This document shows positions 41,758-53,093 of a stretch of 64,000 nucleotides of DNA, one piece after another (within the stretch, counting starts at the first letter, position 1; every line of letters begins with the position of its first letter). The stretch spans positions 73,792 through 137,791 of the forward strand of contig CAKSFM010000002.1 in the NCBI GenBank assembly GCA_934454525.1, given 5' to 3'. The notes below the pieces were generated by a model that did not search any database, was not told the DNA's origin, and saw only the letters and a program-made list of their open reading frames with translations. Origin of the DNA: an uncultured Clostridia bacterium. Lineage in GTDB: Bacteria > Bacillota > Clostridia > UMGS1883. Both the position numbers and the translations under genes were made by a program.

Positions 41758-42882
41758 TTATTTCAAATTAAGCTGACCAAGACTCGCTTTTTTAAGATAG
41801 TCGTTAATGAATCCGTCAAGATCGCCGTCCATAACCGCACCGATATTTCCGACTTCATAATTCGTTCTGTGATCCTTAACCATTGTATAGGGATGGAAAA
41901 CATATGAACGAATCTGGCTGCCCCATGCAATTTCTTTCTGAACGCCCTTAATGTCCTCGATTTTCTCTTTCTGCTCCGCTTCTGCAAGCTCCATAAGCTT
42001 TGCCTTGAGCATTTTCATTGCAGTGTCCTTATTCTGAAACTGGCTTCTTTCATTCTGGCACGCAACAACAACGCCTGTCGGAATATGAGTGATTCTGATT
42101 GCGGAACTTGTTTTGTTGACATGCTGTCCGCCCGCACCGCTCGAACGATAGGTATCTATGCGCAGGTCATCTGGATTAATATTAATTTCAATATCATCCT
42201 CTATATCGGGCATAACCTCCACCGAAGCAAATGAGGTATGCCGGCGGCCTGCCGCGTCAAACGGAGATATTCTTACAAGGCGGTGCACACCCTTTTCACA
42301 TTTTGCAAAGCCATAAGCATTAAGTCCCTCAATCAGAATTGTAACGCTTTTCAGACCGGCTTCATCGCCATCAAGGAAGTCAAGAGTCGAAACCTTGTAT
42401 TCATGCCGTTCCGCCCACATCTGGTACATCCGGCACAGCATCTGGCACCAGTCCTGCGCCTCCGTTCCGCCTGCACCTGCATGAAGCGTGATAATCGCAT
42501 TGTTTTTGTCATACGGACCTGACAGAAGAGTTTCAAGCTTCATCATTTCCATTTTTTCCGACAGTTTTTCATAACCTGTCTTGATTTCATCGAGAACGCT
42601 TTCGTCCTCCTCGGCGATTGCCAGTTCAACAAGCGTGGATAAATCCTCCCAATCAGAGCAAAGCGCTTCATAACGCTCAATTTTCTGATTGTTTTCCTTA
42701 ATTTTCTGCAATACCTTTTGGCTGTTTCTAATGTCATTGTAAAAGTCGGGGGCAAGCGTTTTCTGTTCAAGCTCCTTAACCTCACCGCGCGCCGCTTCAA
42801 CATTGAGCGCCAGTCCAAGCTCCTCAATCGGCTTTTTCATCGCCGCAAGCTCCGGGCGAATCTGCTCATATTCAACTATCAT
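41758..42882 (-). CDS. prfB: Peptide chain release factor 2 (single uninterrupted ORF, no programmed +1 frameshift)
   Basis: 374 aa with SPF and GGQ (SGAGGQHVNKT) motifs. The N-terminal region aligns with RF2 across the usual frameshift site without a stop. Confidence 0.95.
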   Translation of the reverse strand: MIVEYEQIRPELAAMKKPIEELGLALNVEAARGEVKELEQKTLAPDFYNDIRNSQKVLQKIKENNQKIERYEALCSDWEDLSTLVELAIAEEDESVLDEIKTGYEKLSEKMEMMKLETLLSGPYDKNNAIITLHAGAGGTEAQDWCQMLCRMYQMWAERHEYKVSTLDFLDGDEAGLKSVTILIEGLNAYGFAKCEKGVHRLVRISPFDAAGRRHTSFASVEVMPDIEDDIEININPDDLRIDTYRSSGAGGQHVNKTSSAIRITHIPTGVVVACQNERSQFQNKDTAMKMLKAKLMELAEAEQKEKIEDIKGVQKEIAWGSQIRSYVFHPYTMVKDHRTNYEVGNIGAVMDGDLDGFINDYLKKASLGQLNLK

Positions 42883-42905
42883 TAATCAATCATTCCTTTT
42901 GAAGC

Positions 42906-45650
42906 TTACTGCTGATTGTTTTCTTCTTTCAGCATACAGCAATTTTTATACTTTTTGCCGCTTCCGCACGGACACGGGTCATTTCTGCCGATTTTTTGTT
43001 CTTTGCGCCTTTCGGGGCGTTTTGCTTCACTGTCATCCCCGTGCGACGCAACGGTCGGCGTTGCCACCATCTTTCTTTCTATCTGTGCCTGCGGTTTAAC
43101 ATGGAACAGATAACGCACGGTATCCTCTCTGATTGCGGCAATCATTTCATCAAACATATCAGAGCCTGTCATCTTATATTCGATAACAGGGTCATGCTGA
43201 CCGTAAGCGCGCAGATTGATTCCGTTCTTAAGCTGTTCCATATCATCAATATGATCCATCCAGCGCGAATCAACGGCGCGCAGCATAATCACGCGTTCAA
43301 CCTCGCGCATATTTTCACCGAAAAGCTCCTCCTGCGCGGCATAGGCAGCTTCAACCTTTTCTTCAAGCTCCTCACGCACGGTATCGCGGTCAAGCTTGTT
43401 GTAATCGCGCGAATGGAAATCAAGCTCACCGCGCGTAAAGAACATCGATTCAAGATATTCCTCAAGTCCTGTCATATTCCAGTCATCGGGATACTCCGCA
43501 ACAGCATAGCGGCGCATTGCGTCGTCAAGCACTTCATCAATCATTCCGTGAATCGACTCACGCAGATCCTCACCGTCAAGCACTCTGCGGCGCTCAGCAT
43601 AAATCACGTTACGCTGCTGATTCATAACATCGTCGTACTGGAGGACATATTTTCTGATACCGTAGTTTTTGCCCTCAACTTTTTTCTGTGAATTTTCGAT
43701 AACGCTTGTAAGAAGTCCCTGTTCAATCGGTTCATCCTCGGGAATTTTCAGCGTTGTAACCATTTTTTCAATTCTTTCGCCGCCGAACAGCCGCATCAAA
43801 TCATCATCAAGCGCGATGAAGAAGCGCGACTTTCCCGGGTCGCCCTGACGGCCGCTTCGTCCGCGGAGCTGATTATCGATTCGCCTTGATTCATGGCGCT
43901 CCGTTCCGATTATATACAAGCCGCCCGCTGCGCGAACCTCCTCCGCTTCGGCGGAGATTTCCGCCTTGTGCTTATCGTAAAGCTCAGTATATTTTGCGCG
44001 CGCTTCCAGGATTTCTTCATCATCCGTATCGGCATAACCGGTTGCCTCCGAAATGAGTCTGTCATCGTAACCGAGCTTTGCCATTTCTGTTTTTGCCATA
44101 TATTCGGCATTACCGCCGAGAACGATATCAGTACCGCGGCCCGCCATGTTTGTGGCAATTGTAACAGCGCCTTTTTTACCTGCCTGTGCAACAATAAGCG
44201 CTTCCTTTTCGTGATGCTTCGCATTTAAAACCTGGTGGCGGATTCCGCGCGCCTTTAAAACATTGCTGAGTTCCTCACTCTTGTCAATCGTAATTGTTCC
44301 GACAAGTATCGGCTGCCCCGTCTGATGAGCGCGCTCAATTTCATCGGCAATCGCTTTTATCTTTCCGCGGTGGTTTTTAAACACCTGGTCATTTTCATCA
44401 ATACGTGCAAGCGGTCTGTTCGTCGGGATTTCGATAACATCGAGCGAGTAAATTCCGCGGAATTCCTCCTCCTCCGTTTTCGCAGTACCAGTCATACCGC
44501 TGAGCTTTTTATACAGGCGGAAGTAGTTCTGAAATGTAATTGTTGCAAGCGTTTTGTTTTCGCGTTCAACCTTAACGTTTTCCTTTGCCTCTATCGCCTG
44601 GTGCAGTCCGTCACTGTATCGGCGGCCGATCATTATGCGCCCCGTAAACTCATCAACGATAAGAACCTCACCGTCTTTAACCACATAGTTCACATCACGG
44701 TGCATGATTCCGTGCGCACGAATAGCCTGATTAATATGATGCGACAGCGTCATATTTTCAGGATCTGAAAGGTTTTCTATATTAAACGCAGCCTCGGCTT
44801 TTTTCACGCCGCGCTCCGTAAGTGTAACCGTTTTTGCCTTTTCGTCAACAACATAGTCGGCATCGTCAAACACATTTTCCTCTTTATCATCAAGCTCCTT
44901 GATTTTGACCGGAGTAAGCGTGCGAACAAAGCTGTCAACTATATTGTAAAGCTGCGTTGACTTGTCGCCGGCGCCGCTTATGATAAGCGGCGTCCTCGCT
45001 TCATCAATAAGAATCGAGTCAACCTCATCGACAATTGCAAACGCATGACCGCGCTGAACCATATTCTGCTTGTATATAACCATGTTGTCGCGCAGATAAT
45101 CGAAGCCGAACTCATTATTTGTTCCGTAAGTAATGTCGGCATTGTATGCCGCCTGCTTTGCCGCAGGTTCCATCTGGCTTATGTTAAGTCCCACGGTAAG
45201 TCCGAGATAGCGGTAAAGCTTTCCCATCCACTCACTGTCACGGCGCGCAAGATAATCGTTAACCGTAACAATGTGAACCCCCTCACCGGTGAGCGCGTTA
45301 AGATATGCCGGCAGCGTTGCCACAAGCGTTTTACCCTCACCTGTTTTCATCTCGGCAATTCTGCCCTGATGAAGCACAATTCCGCCGATAATCTGAACGG
45401 GGAAATGGCGCATTTCAAGCACACGCCATGCCGCTTCACGCACGGTTGCAAATGCTTCCGGCAGAATATCATCCGTTGTTTCTCCGTTTGCAAGGCGCGC
45501 CTTAAACTCGGCAGTTTTTCCTTTCAGCTCGCTCTCCGAGAGCTTTTTGTATTCTTCCTCATACGAAAGAACCTTATCCACTATCGGTTTTATTTTTTTT
45601 AATTCCCTTTGGGAATATGACCCGAAAATTTTTTCCAGTATATTTGCCAC
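42906..45650 (-). CDS. secA: Preprotein translocase ATPase SecA
   Basis: 914 aa. MKTGEGKT and [19 protein letters not shown] motifs; C-terminal Zn finger [13 protein letters not shown]. Confidence 0.98.
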   Translation of the reverse strand: MANILEKIFGSYSQRELKKIKPIVDKVLSYEEEYKKLSESELKGKTAEFKARLANGETTDDILPEAFATVREAAWRVLEMRHFPVQIIGGIVLHQGRIAEMKTGEGKTLVATLPAYLNALTGEGVHIVTVNDYLARRDSEWMGKLYRYLGLTVGLNISQMEPAAKQAAYNADITYGTNNEFGFDYLRDNMVIYKQNMVQRGHAFAIVDEVDSILIDEARTPLIISGAGDKSTQLYNIVDSFVRTLTPVKIKELDDKEENVFDDADYVVDEKAKTVTLTERGVKKAEAAFNIENLSDPENMTLSHHINQAIRAHGIMHRDVNYVVKDGEVLIVDEFTGRIMIGRRYSDGLHQAIEAKENVKVERENKTLATITFQNYFRLYKKLSGMTGTAKTEEEEFRGIYSLDVIEIPTNRPLARIDENDQVFKNHRGKIKAIADEIERAHQTGQPILVGTITIDKSEELSNVLKARGIRHQVLNAKHHEKEALIVAQAGKKGAVTIATNMAGRGTDIVLGGNAEYMAKTEMAKLGYDDRLISEATGYADTDDEEILEARAKYTELYDKHKAEISAEAEEVRAAGGLYIIGTERHESRRIDNQLRGRSGRQGDPGKSRFFIALDDDLMRLFGGERIEKMVTTLKIPEDEPIEQGLLTSVIENSQKKVEGKNYGIRKYVLQYDDVMNQQRNVIYAERRRVLDGEDLRESIHGMIDEVLDDAMRRYAVAEYPDDWNMTGLEEYLESMFFTRGELDFHSRDYNKLDRDTVREELEEKVEAAYAAQEELFGENMREVERVIMLRAVDSRWMDHIDDMEQLKNGINLRAYGQHDPVIEYKMTGSDMFDEMIAAIREDTVRYLFHVKPQAQIERKMVATPTVASHGDDSEAKRPERRKEQKIGRNDPCPCGSGKKYKNCCMLKEENNQQ

Positions 45651-45728
45651 TTTAATCCCTCCAATTAGGATATGCTAAAATTCATTTTAACATTTACACA
45701 TGTTTTTGTCAATGATTTTAGCCTTCTC

Positions 45729-46838
45729 TTAACCGTGATTTACAATAAATTTATATATTTTTTCCGCCGCGTTTCCGCTGAAACCGCGCTCAAGCTCACC
45801 GCGCATTAATCCGAGTGCGTCCGGATTATCCATGATAATCCGCACAAGCCGGCATATGTCAACGCTTTTTTCGCAGGTTTTTGCCATGTTGTTCTCCGTC
45901 CAGAACTTCATGTTGTGCGTTTCGCAGCCGGAAACTGCATGGATAAGCACCATCGGCAGCTTGTTTGCCGCAGCTTCTGTTGTGCTCAGTCCGCCCGGCT
46001 TGGTAAGAATAAGCTCGGCGGAATTCATGTAGTCCGGCATATTGCGTGTATACCCCACAACGCGCACACTGCCCTCGCGTTCATGCACCGAAAGGCTCTT
46101 ATAAAGCTTTCTGTTACTGCCGCAGATTACAACAAGATATTCATTCTCTTTTATAACCTCAGTTAAAGTTCTCGCAATCAGCTTCATCGGTCCGCAGCCC
46201 ATGCTGCCGCACATAAGTATGATAACGCGCTTGTTTTCGGGCAGACTGAGCGCCCTTTTGCTCTCAGCCTTGGTTTTATCCGTCACAAATTTTCCGCTTA
46301 CCGGAATTCCCGTTGCTTCTAACTGCTCCTCTTTAAATCCGTGCCGCATAAATTCGGGTTTAAGGCTTTCATGCGGAATGAAATAGCAGTCAAGCTTGCT
46401 TTCCGAAACACCCGGACTGCAAGTATAATCAGTCGCAACAAAGTACGATTTAACCTTAATCTTGTATTTGCGCATTGCCTTGGTAAGCATCATCCCCGCA
46501 AAAGGATGTGTGCAGACCACCGTATCATAGTTATCCCCGATTATTCTTTTTGCAAGTTTTTTTGCACCCTTTGCCATGATTTCATAAAGCATGGAACGGT
46601 TAATTTTGTCGGGCATTGTAAGCTCTGCCGCTTTGTATCCGATTCCGAAAAGCATAGGCGCTTTTTTGTACAGCCGAACATGCCACTTGCATATAAATGT
46701 TGACGCTTTAGGCGATAAAAACGCGAGTGCGTCTGCTATTTCACATACGACTCCGCTGCTGTCAAACTGTTCTTTCACGGCGCGCGCGGCGGAGTTATGC
46801 CCCTCGCCCGTGTTGCATGATAAGATAAGTACCCGCAT
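45729..46838 (-). CDS. MGDG-synthase-family (GT28, UgtP-like) diacylglycerol glycosyltransferase
   Basis: N-terminus MRVLILSCNTGEGHNSAARA; C-terminal TKPGGLSTTEA. 369 aa. Confidence 0.7.
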   Translation of the reverse strand: MRVLILSCNTGEGHNSAARAVKEQFDSSGVVCEIADALAFLSPKASTFICKWHVRLYKKAPMLFGIGYKAAELTMPDKINRSMLYEIMAKGAKKLAKRIIGDNYDTVVCTHPFAGMMLTKAMRKYKIKVKSYFVATDYTCSPGVSESKLDCYFIPHESLKPEFMRHGFKEEQLEATGIPVSGKFVTDKTKAESKRALSLPENKRVIILMCGSMGCGPMKLIARTLTEVIKENEYLVVICGSNRKLYKSLSVHEREGSVRVVGYTRNMPDYMNSAELILTKPGGLSTTEAAANKLPMVLIHAVSGCETHNMKFWTENNMAKTCEKSVDICRLVRIIMDNPDALGLMRGELERGFSGNAAEKIYKFIVNHG

Positions 46839-46849
46839 ATGAATCTCCT

Positions 46850-47602
46850 TTATATGTTTTTATCTTTCTTGGTAAGCTCCGAAAGCTTGCTGCGCTGCTT
46901 CTCAACGTATGAACGCAGATGCTCCGTTATCGGACGGGAAGTATGCAGCGCGAATATGAATCTGTATTTTTCCTTTTTCTGCCGCATTTCCGTCTGAATA
47001 TGTTCTTTAAATTCTTCATAACGCACAAGAACCCGGTTTTCATCGGCAAATTTCTTGATTTTAACAACAATTCCGAATGAATAGAATACATCAATGACAA
47101 ACACGCCGAAAAACATTCCGATAACAAACGAAAATGCAAGATTCCGCGAAAACCATTCCAGCGCGGACATTATATGCCTGTGCACAAAGATATAATACAC
47201 AGCGGCAAGAACGCCCCAGAAAAAAGAAAACAGGGGGCAGATAATTCCCTGAATATTAAACTTCCGATTAGAGTAATCCCAAAGCTTAACGTGCATACCG
47301 CGCACGAAAATAACACCGGCAATGTATTCAATCAGCGTGAGAGCCGCCGCCATAATCAAAATTATTGCAATGCGCCTGAGCGCAAGTGAATCCGTATGAA
47401 TAAACCGTTCACATTCGGCAAGAGAGTACAGAATACAAAGTCCGAAGCCGTAAAGCGGCAGGTACGGACCTGTCAGAAATCCCGGGTTTATCCACCTGTG
47501 CGACTTGTTTTCCGGCGAAAACCTCCTGTAGACAAGCTCAAGCGTCCAGCCGAGTGTGCAGCCGATGAAAAAAAGAAATGCAAATACAAGAAAGCTGCCC
47601 AT
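46850..47602 (-). CDS. Polytopic membrane protein of the 'putative ABC-transporter type IV' (PF06541-like) family
   Basis: GWTLELVYRR...NPGFLTGPYLPLYGFG pattern and 5-6 TM helices. Family assignment is from memory. Confidence 0.5.
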   Translation of the reverse strand: MGSFLVFAFLFFIGCTLGWTLELVYRRFSPENKSHRWINPGFLTGPYLPLYGFGLCILYSLAECERFIHTDSLALRRIAIILIMAAALTLIEYIAGVIFVRGMHVKLWDYSNRKFNIQGIICPLFSFFWGVLAAVYYIFVHRHIMSALEWFSRNLAFSFVIGMFFGVFVIDVFYSFGIVVKIKKFADENRVLVRYEEFKEHIQTEMRQKKEKYRFIFALHTSRPITEHLRSYVEKQRSKLSELTKKDKNI

Positions 47603-47833
47603 TGCCTATCCCCTTTCTCTTTTTTGTATATTGTATCACAGGGGGAACAATAAATCAATAAAAATTTGTCTGTCCGCCGCAGTACCGCACATAAAAAAAG
47701 CTTGACAATCCACCCTCCGCAGAGTTTAATGTATAATAGAGATTATTGTTGATTTTCTCTCAAATCGAAAAATTCAAATTTTTTTGAACCTTTGCGCATT
47801 TTGCGTCTATAACAAAGTGAAGGAGGAATCCGG

Positions 47834-48361
47834 ATGAACAAATCCGATATCGGGCGCCTCGCCGAAGAGCACGGCAAATATATTTACGGTTTTTGCCTTC
47901 GGCTGACGAACGATACATATAATGCCGAGGAGCTTTATCAGGATACCTTTCTCAAAGCGCTCGAAAAAGCGTCCTCAATCGATGAAAATAACAATCCGCG
48001 CGCATACCTCGCGGCGATTGCCCTTTCGCTGTGGAAAAGCAGCAAGCGCAAATTCGCAAGAAGAGCAGGCATTGCGCCGACCGATAATATTGACAATCAT
48101 TATGATATTGCGTCCGATGTGTCGGCGGACGGCGATTTGCTGAAAAAGGAGCTTTGTGCCTATGTCAGCCGCGCCGTTTCCGAGCTTGATGAAAAGCTCC
48201 GCCTGCCCGTGCTTTTGTTCTACACGGCGGAAATGTCGGTTGCTGACATCGCCGCCGCAATAAAATGCCCCGAGGGAACGGTCAAAAGCCGCCTGCACAG
48301 CGCAAGGACGGAAATAAAAAAGAAAATGGAGGTGTATGAAAATGGACGACAAAATGCTTGA
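47834..48361 (+). CDS. ECF-type sigma-70 family RNA polymerase sigma factor
   Basis: 175 aa with region 2 (AEELYQDTFLKA) and region 4 (MSVADIAAAIKCPEGTVKSRLHSAR). Confidence 0.9.
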   Translation: MNKSDIGRLAEEHGKYIYGFCLRLTNDTYNAEELYQDTFLKALEKASSIDENNNPRAYLAAIALSLWKSSKRKFARRAGIAPTDNIDNHYDIASDVSADGDLLKKELCAYVSRAVSELDEKLRLPVLLFYTAEMSVADIAAAIKCPEGTVKSRLHSARTEIKKKMEVYENGRQNA

Positions 48362-49403
48362 AAGCGCTTTGAAAAATGCACTTGAAGCGCCGGATTTGCC
48401 GCAGAATTTAAACGCGCGGCTTATGGATAAAATCAATAAAAAGCAGAGGAAAAGCGCACTCATTTTCAGCATCACCAAAAAATGCAGCTCATGTGCGGCA
48501 GTATTTCTGTGCGCACTGACGGTGCTGTCCAATTCCGGCGGAGAAATGCAGCAGCTGCTCGGGCGCATTCCCGTTATCGGGAGCGTTTCCGAAAGGCTGA
48601 CGTTCCGCCGTTCGGAGGAGCTGCCCGATAATTCCGCCAAAAAAACGCACCCGACGGAAACAAAGCAGGATATACAAAAGGATAGCGCGGAAACTGCCGA
48701 CAGCACAGCCGCAGCGGACAATGCTCAACCCGAAATCAGCGCTTCTGCCGAAAATGCCGCACAGCCGCAATCTCCGGTAAAAAGTGAAGTTGCTGCGGCG
48801 CACACGCAAAAGCCGCGTACCGATACCGCCGCAAAGCACAAAGAATCGGCAGACGTTCGCAAAGCTTCGCCGGTTCAACCCGAGAACAGCGAAAGCGTTT
48901 CACAGGAAGCTCCGGAAATTCAGCCGGAAATCGGTGAAACCGCCGCACAAAGTAAAGAATCCAAAGAAAGCAGTGTGCATCAGCCATCCGCTGCGCCGGG
49001 AGTCAGCAGTGTTTCTCAGGAAAGCAGCGGCATATCGGCATTTTCTCTTGACGCAGGGGATTCCTCCGCGGCGAAAGAAAGCGCAGCAGACAGCAGCGAA
49101 AATTATATGCCAAAAACCTCCGGAGCGTCCGGCGACGGAAGCTCCGCGAATACAGATTTGCGCATGATGCGCAAATCGGCGCTCGGCAGCTTGTTCGTTG
49201 AGGGTTATGATTACATTTCCGCGGCAAACGAAATAATCCGCTCACAGCTCCCCGATGGCACAAAGTTTAGCGGAATTAACGGCAGCGAGGATTTTCATTT
49301 TTCGGACGGCGGAGATTTGATAATAGCCGTCACCCTCCCCGATACGGACGAAAGCCGTGAATTTAACCTCGGCAAGATTGTAAACGGACGTTTTGCCGAA
49401 TGA
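48336..49403 (+). CDS. Putative anti-sigma factor (single TM, long low-complexity extracytoplasmic region)
   Basis: Overlaps the sigma gene by 26 nt. Has a short cytoplasmic N-terminus and one TM helix (CAAVFLCALTVL). A Ser/Ala/Glu/Pro-rich linker and a small C-terminal domain follow. Confidence 0.5.
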   Translation: MKMDDKMLESALKNALEAPDLPQNLNARLMDKINKKQRKSALIFSITKKCSSCAAVFLCALTVLSNSGGEMQQLLGRIPVIGSVSERLTFRRSEELPDNSAKKTHPTETKQDIQKDSAETADSTAAADNAQPEISASAENAAQPQSPVKSEVAAAHTQKPRTDTAAKHKESADVRKASPVQPENSESVSQEAPEIQPEIGETAAQSKESKESSVHQPSAAPGVSSVSQESSGISAFSLDAGDSSAAKESAADSSENYMPKTSGASGDGSSANTDLRMMRKSALGSLFVEGYDYISAANEIIRSQLPDGTKFSGINGSEDFHFSDGGDLIIAVTLPDTDESREFNLGKIVNGRFAE

Positions 49404-49584
49404 TATTTAATTTTACTATTTACAAAATGCAAAAAAAGTGTTAAAATGGGCTGTGGCTGAATGGAATCACATTTTGCCGCAGCCCTTTTGCTGGGCAAAA
49501 TAAAAACAGTGCATAACAAATTCGAGCACATGCCGTTCAAAACCGCTATGCCGGTAAAGGAACGGCACAGAAAGGAACGATAGA

Positions 49585-50952
49585 TTGATGAACACGGACG
49601 TAGCAATAATCGGCGGCGGAATAGGCGGTCTTATGGCTGCCTACAGAATAACGAAGAACCGCCCCGACATTTCCGTTGTGATATATGACAGCGGACATAT
49701 GATTAAAAAGCGCCGCTGTCCGGCAAGCAAAAACAACGGCTGCGTGCACTGCAAAATATGCAGCATAACCTGCGGCTTTGCAGGCGCAGGCGCATTTTCG
49801 GACGGTAAATTCAACCTCGGAACGGCGTACGGCGGAACGCTCGGCGAAAGTCTCGGCGATGACGTTGCGATGGAGTATATCAATGAGGTTGACAACACGC
49901 TCAGGAGCTTTGCAGGGGATAATTATCCGAAGCTGTTCATGTCAAACGAGGGTTTGCGCCTTAAGTGCATTCAGCACAATCTGCGGCTGCTTGATATGAA
50001 CGTGCGCCACCTCGGAACGGATAAAAACCTTGCAACCATGGAGCGGCTCATCGATTGGATTTCGGAGCACGGAGTTAAGCTCTGCCCCGACACAGCCGTT
50101 TCGGAAATCAAATCCGAAAACGGAGCTCACAATATTATGGCGAACGGCGAAAAGCTCTGCACCGCGAAAAACGTTATCATCGCAACGGGGCGCGGCGGCG
50201 CAAAGTTTGTTTCCGATTTCTGCAACACGCACGGCGTTTCCATGAATTCAAACTCGGTTGACATCGGCGTCCGCGTTGAAATGAAGGATATTATCTGGCG
50301 CGAGTTTTCCTCCGCCATCTACGAGCCGAAAATTCTTTACAGAACCAAAACCTTTGAGGACAGAACGCGCATGTTCTGCTTCAATCAGGGCGGTCTTGTT
50401 TCGGCGGAAAACAATCACGGAATTATAACGGCTAACGGTCACGCATATGCCGAGCCCGAGAAAAAGACGGATAACTGCAACTTTGCAATCCTTTCGTCAA
50501 TCAATTTCACAAAGCCGTTCAACAAGCCGACGGAATACGCCGAATATATCGCGCGCATGGCTAATATGATTGGCAGCGGCAACGTGCTTGTTCAGCGCTT
50601 CGGCGACCTTGTGCGCGGCAGAAGAACGAACGACCACCGTCTCGGGCAGAACACCGTTATCCCAACGCTCAAGGCAACCGCAGGCGATTTGTCGCTTGTG
50701 CTTCCGCACAGAATGCTTACAAATATTATCGAAACCATATACGCGCTTGACAAGGTTGCCCCCGGAACTGCAAATGACGACACATTGCTCTACGGCTGCG
50801 AAAATAAATATTATTCGATTCGTCCGCAGTCCGATGAAAATTTCATGCTTACGGACGGCGTTTATCTCATAGGCGACGGCAGCGGAATCACGCGCGGGCT
50901 CAGCCAGGCAGGCGCAATGGGGCTTTTCGTTGCCGATAAAATCTGCAAATAA
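49585..50952 (+). CDS. FAD-dependent oxidoreductase (COG2509-like uncharacterised dehydrogenase)
   Basis: N-terminal dinucleotide fold DVAIIGGGIGGLMAA. C-terminal GDGSG.TRG motif. 455 aa. Confidence 0.7.
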   Translation: MMNTDVAIIGGGIGGLMAAYRITKNRPDISVVIYDSGHMIKKRRCPASKNNGCVHCKICSITCGFAGAGAFSDGKFNLGTAYGGTLGESLGDDVAMEYINEVDNTLRSFAGDNYPKLFMSNEGLRLKCIQHNLRLLDMNVRHLGTDKNLATMERLIDWISEHGVKLCPDTAVSEIKSENGAHNIMANGEKLCTAKNVIIATGRGGAKFVSDFCNTHGVSMNSNSVDIGVRVEMKDIIWREFSSAIYEPKILYRTKTFEDRTRMFCFNQGGLVSAENNHGIITANGHAYAEPEKKTDNCNFAILSSINFTKPFNKPTEYAEYIARMANMIGSGNVLVQRFGDLVRGRRTNDHRLGQNTVIPTLKATAGDLSLVLPHRMLTNIIETIYALDKVAPGTANDDTLLYGCENKYYSIRPQSDENFMLTDGVYLIGDGSGITRGLSQAGAMGLFVADKICK

Positions 50953-50964
50953 GGAGAAAATCCT

Positions 50965-51654
50965 ATGAACAGCTTTTTCCCCCGTCTTAAAATGAAGTAT
51001 GCCGCCTCCGCGCTTGTTTTGGCGGCTGCGGCAGCAGTATACCTCTATTGCCTGTTTCTGCCCGGCGTTTGGAAAGGCGATGCATTTCTTTATCTTGATA
51101 AAAATAGCGGCTCTTTTTCCGGCTCTGACAAATATGCGCACTACAGCATGAAAATCACGCCGCATAAGAACGAAACGGACATTGAGTTTTCCGTCAACGG
51201 TGAAAAACGCGTTTACGGAATAACAAAGGGAGAAACCACTGTTATAACGCAGAACGGCGAACAGGTTTTTTCGGGAAAGGCATACCCGATGGATGATTAT
51301 GCCGTTCTCGTTGACGATGACGGAAAACTGTCAAACGAAATCACCGTCACCGCAGGGAATGAACCCCCAAGCACGGAGGAGCTTTTCCCCACCCTCGGAA
51401 CGCTCTATTCATGGGCGGACGGAGACACGGCGGACACGCGCGGAAATCCGTGGCTTGCACTCTTGATTCTTTTGGTGTCCGCATTGCTCGCGCTCGATAT
51501 CATCTTCCCCGATTTATTCTTCCTGCTTCGCCACGGGCTCGAGGTTGACGGCGGCGAGCCGAGCACATGGTATCGCGAAATGCAGATTTTCGGAAGATAT
51601 GCCTGCGCAGTCATAATAGTTGTGCTGTTAATATGCTCATTCACAACCCATTAA
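50965..51654 (+). CDS. Hypothetical membrane protein
   Basis: 229-aa ORF with an N-terminal TM helix and two C-terminal TM helices. No recognisable motif. Confidence 0.5.
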   Translation: MNSFFPRLKMKYAASALVLAAAAAVYLYCLFLPGVWKGDAFLYLDKNSGSFSGSDKYAHYSMKITPHKNETDIEFSVNGEKRVYGITKGETTVITQNGEQVFSGKAYPMDDYAVLVDDDGKLSNEITVTAGNEPPSTEELFPTLGTLYSWADGDTADTRGNPWLALLILLVSALLALDIIFPDLFFLLRHGLEVDGGEPSTWYREMQIFGRYACAVIIVVLLICSFTTH

Positions 51655-51668
51655 CCAATATGCACACT

Positions 51669-51712
51669 AAAAAAGAAGTTACTTTCTTTTGTAGAAAATA
51701 ACTTCTTTTTTT
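51669..51712. terminator. Bidirectional terminator at the left edge of the AT-rich islet
   Basis: AAAAGAAGTTA...TAACTTCTTTT stem with an A-run before and a T-run after. Confidence 0.7.
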
Positions 51713-51766
51713 ATACTATATTATTCTTATGCTTTCTCAGATTATATCTCATTAGGAGATGTTTAT

Positions 51767-52951
51767 TTACCAATTCCTGTCCTCATATGGTGTATTTAAT
51801 ACACCATCATTATTTAGCCTTTTGACCATTTTATCAAGTTTGCCGCGCCACAACTTCTTAAACCAAGTTGTATTGCCAAACCATTTTACAAGCGTAGGAC
51901 TTATTGCGTAGTATGTATGTATAAACGCTCTGCCGTGCCAAGTTTCTGCAAGAGTATAATCACGATAACGGCGAAGTGTCCATACTTGAGGACAATCGTA
52001 TGAGCCATAAACACAAGTTGCAACATAACAGCCCTCTTTGGGTTTATAAGATTGTAAACAACTAAAAACTTCCCAATGTTCTTTTTTCCATTGTTCAGAT
52101 GCCGAAATTTCACTAACAGGGCAACCTTTAAATGCCAACGAGTTTATCTGACTAACACTGTCGGGTATAGTTAACTTCCGTAAATTACTGCATCCACGAA
52201 AAGCTCCACTGTCAGAGCCATAACGACTATAATAGTAATCAATTACTTCAAGCCCTTCAGGGAAAACCACTTCATACAAACTTTTACAATTATGAAATGA
52301 GGATTGTCCTATTTTTTTTAATCCTTTGGGCAATTCCACATTAGATAACAAAGTACACCCATCAAATGCATCGTCAGCAAGACTTTCTAATGTACCTTGA
52401 AATGCTGTATGTTTCAAGTGCTTGCACCACTTGCAGACTACCGAATTAACTTTTCTTGGAAATATAATTTCTTTTATCCCCAAATTGCATAAATATACTT
52501 CTTTTATATTATCATTTAATTTTAAATTAGATAATTTTTCAGCATTAGATAAATGTAAAATCTCTAGTGAATTTGGCAAGGTTAATTCTTTTAGATTTTC
52601 ACACTCTCTTATCGCAAATTCAATAACTCCTTCTGGTATATTTATCTTTTCAATATACTTACTACACCCATCAAAAGCATCTACTCTGACCTCTTTTACA
52701 TTATCAGGAATAGATATAATTGTTGAATTACCGTTATATTGCGTTAAAATTCCACCTTTTACAACAAATTCCTGTGCATTAGAAAATACATTAATAACAT
52801 CTGCTTTTATATTATTTGTTGTGTTATAATTGTTGATAGCCTTTTCAACTATAAAAGGTGTACCGCAGAATTGACAGATTGCCGCATCCTTTGAATTGTC
52901 AATCTCTAAATTCGCACCGCAGTTAGTACATTTTGCTTGAACTAATGCCAT
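51767..52951 (-). CDS. Zn-ribbon / BspA-type leucine-rich-repeat protein with a conserved Cys-rich C-terminal domain
   Basis: N-terminus CTNCGANLE...CQFCGTPF (zinc ribbon). The middle has LRR_5-like repeats (IPD.V..V...AF.GC..., LP.GLKKIGQSSFHNCKSL, IPDSVSQINSLAFKGC). The C-terminus reads GCYVATCVYGSYDCPQVWTLRRYRDY...YYAISPTLVKWFG. GAGGGAG RBS upstream. Confidence 0.7.
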   Translation of the reverse strand: MALVQAKCTNCGANLEIDNSKDAAICQFCGTPFIVEKAINNYNTTNNIKADVINVFSNAQEFVVKGGILTQYNGNSTIISIPDNVKEVRVDAFDGCSKYIEKINIPEGVIEFAIRECENLKELTLPNSLEILHLSNAEKLSNLKLNDNIKEVYLCNLGIKEIIFPRKVNSVVCKWCKHLKHTAFQGTLESLADDAFDGCTLLSNVELPKGLKKIGQSSFHNCKSLYEVVFPEGLEVIDYYYSRYGSDSGAFRGCSNLRKLTIPDSVSQINSLAFKGCPVSEISASEQWKKEHWEVFSCLQSYKPKEGCYVATCVYGSYDCPQVWTLRRYRDYTLAETWHGRAFIHTYYAISPTLVKWFGNTTWFKKLWRGKLDKMVKRLNNDGVLNTPYEDRNW

Positions 52952-53093
52952 TCATATCTCCCTCATTTCCAATAATCTTTTTTCTCATTCAAAAATGTTT
53001 TATGCTTTGTTTCATTCCGTTTATCGACCTCATTCACATAATCACTTCCAGCACTTGATGTAATTATCCGTAAAGTGAAAACTACAAGAAGTA

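Noticed and set aside
42780-42882. Looked for the programmed +1 frameshift site (CTT TGA C) normally found near codon 25 of prfB
   Set aside because: The ORF is continuous (…EELGLALNVEAARGEV…) and aligns with RF2 across that position. Frameshift-less prfB is known in a minority of bacteria, so this is noted but is not novel.
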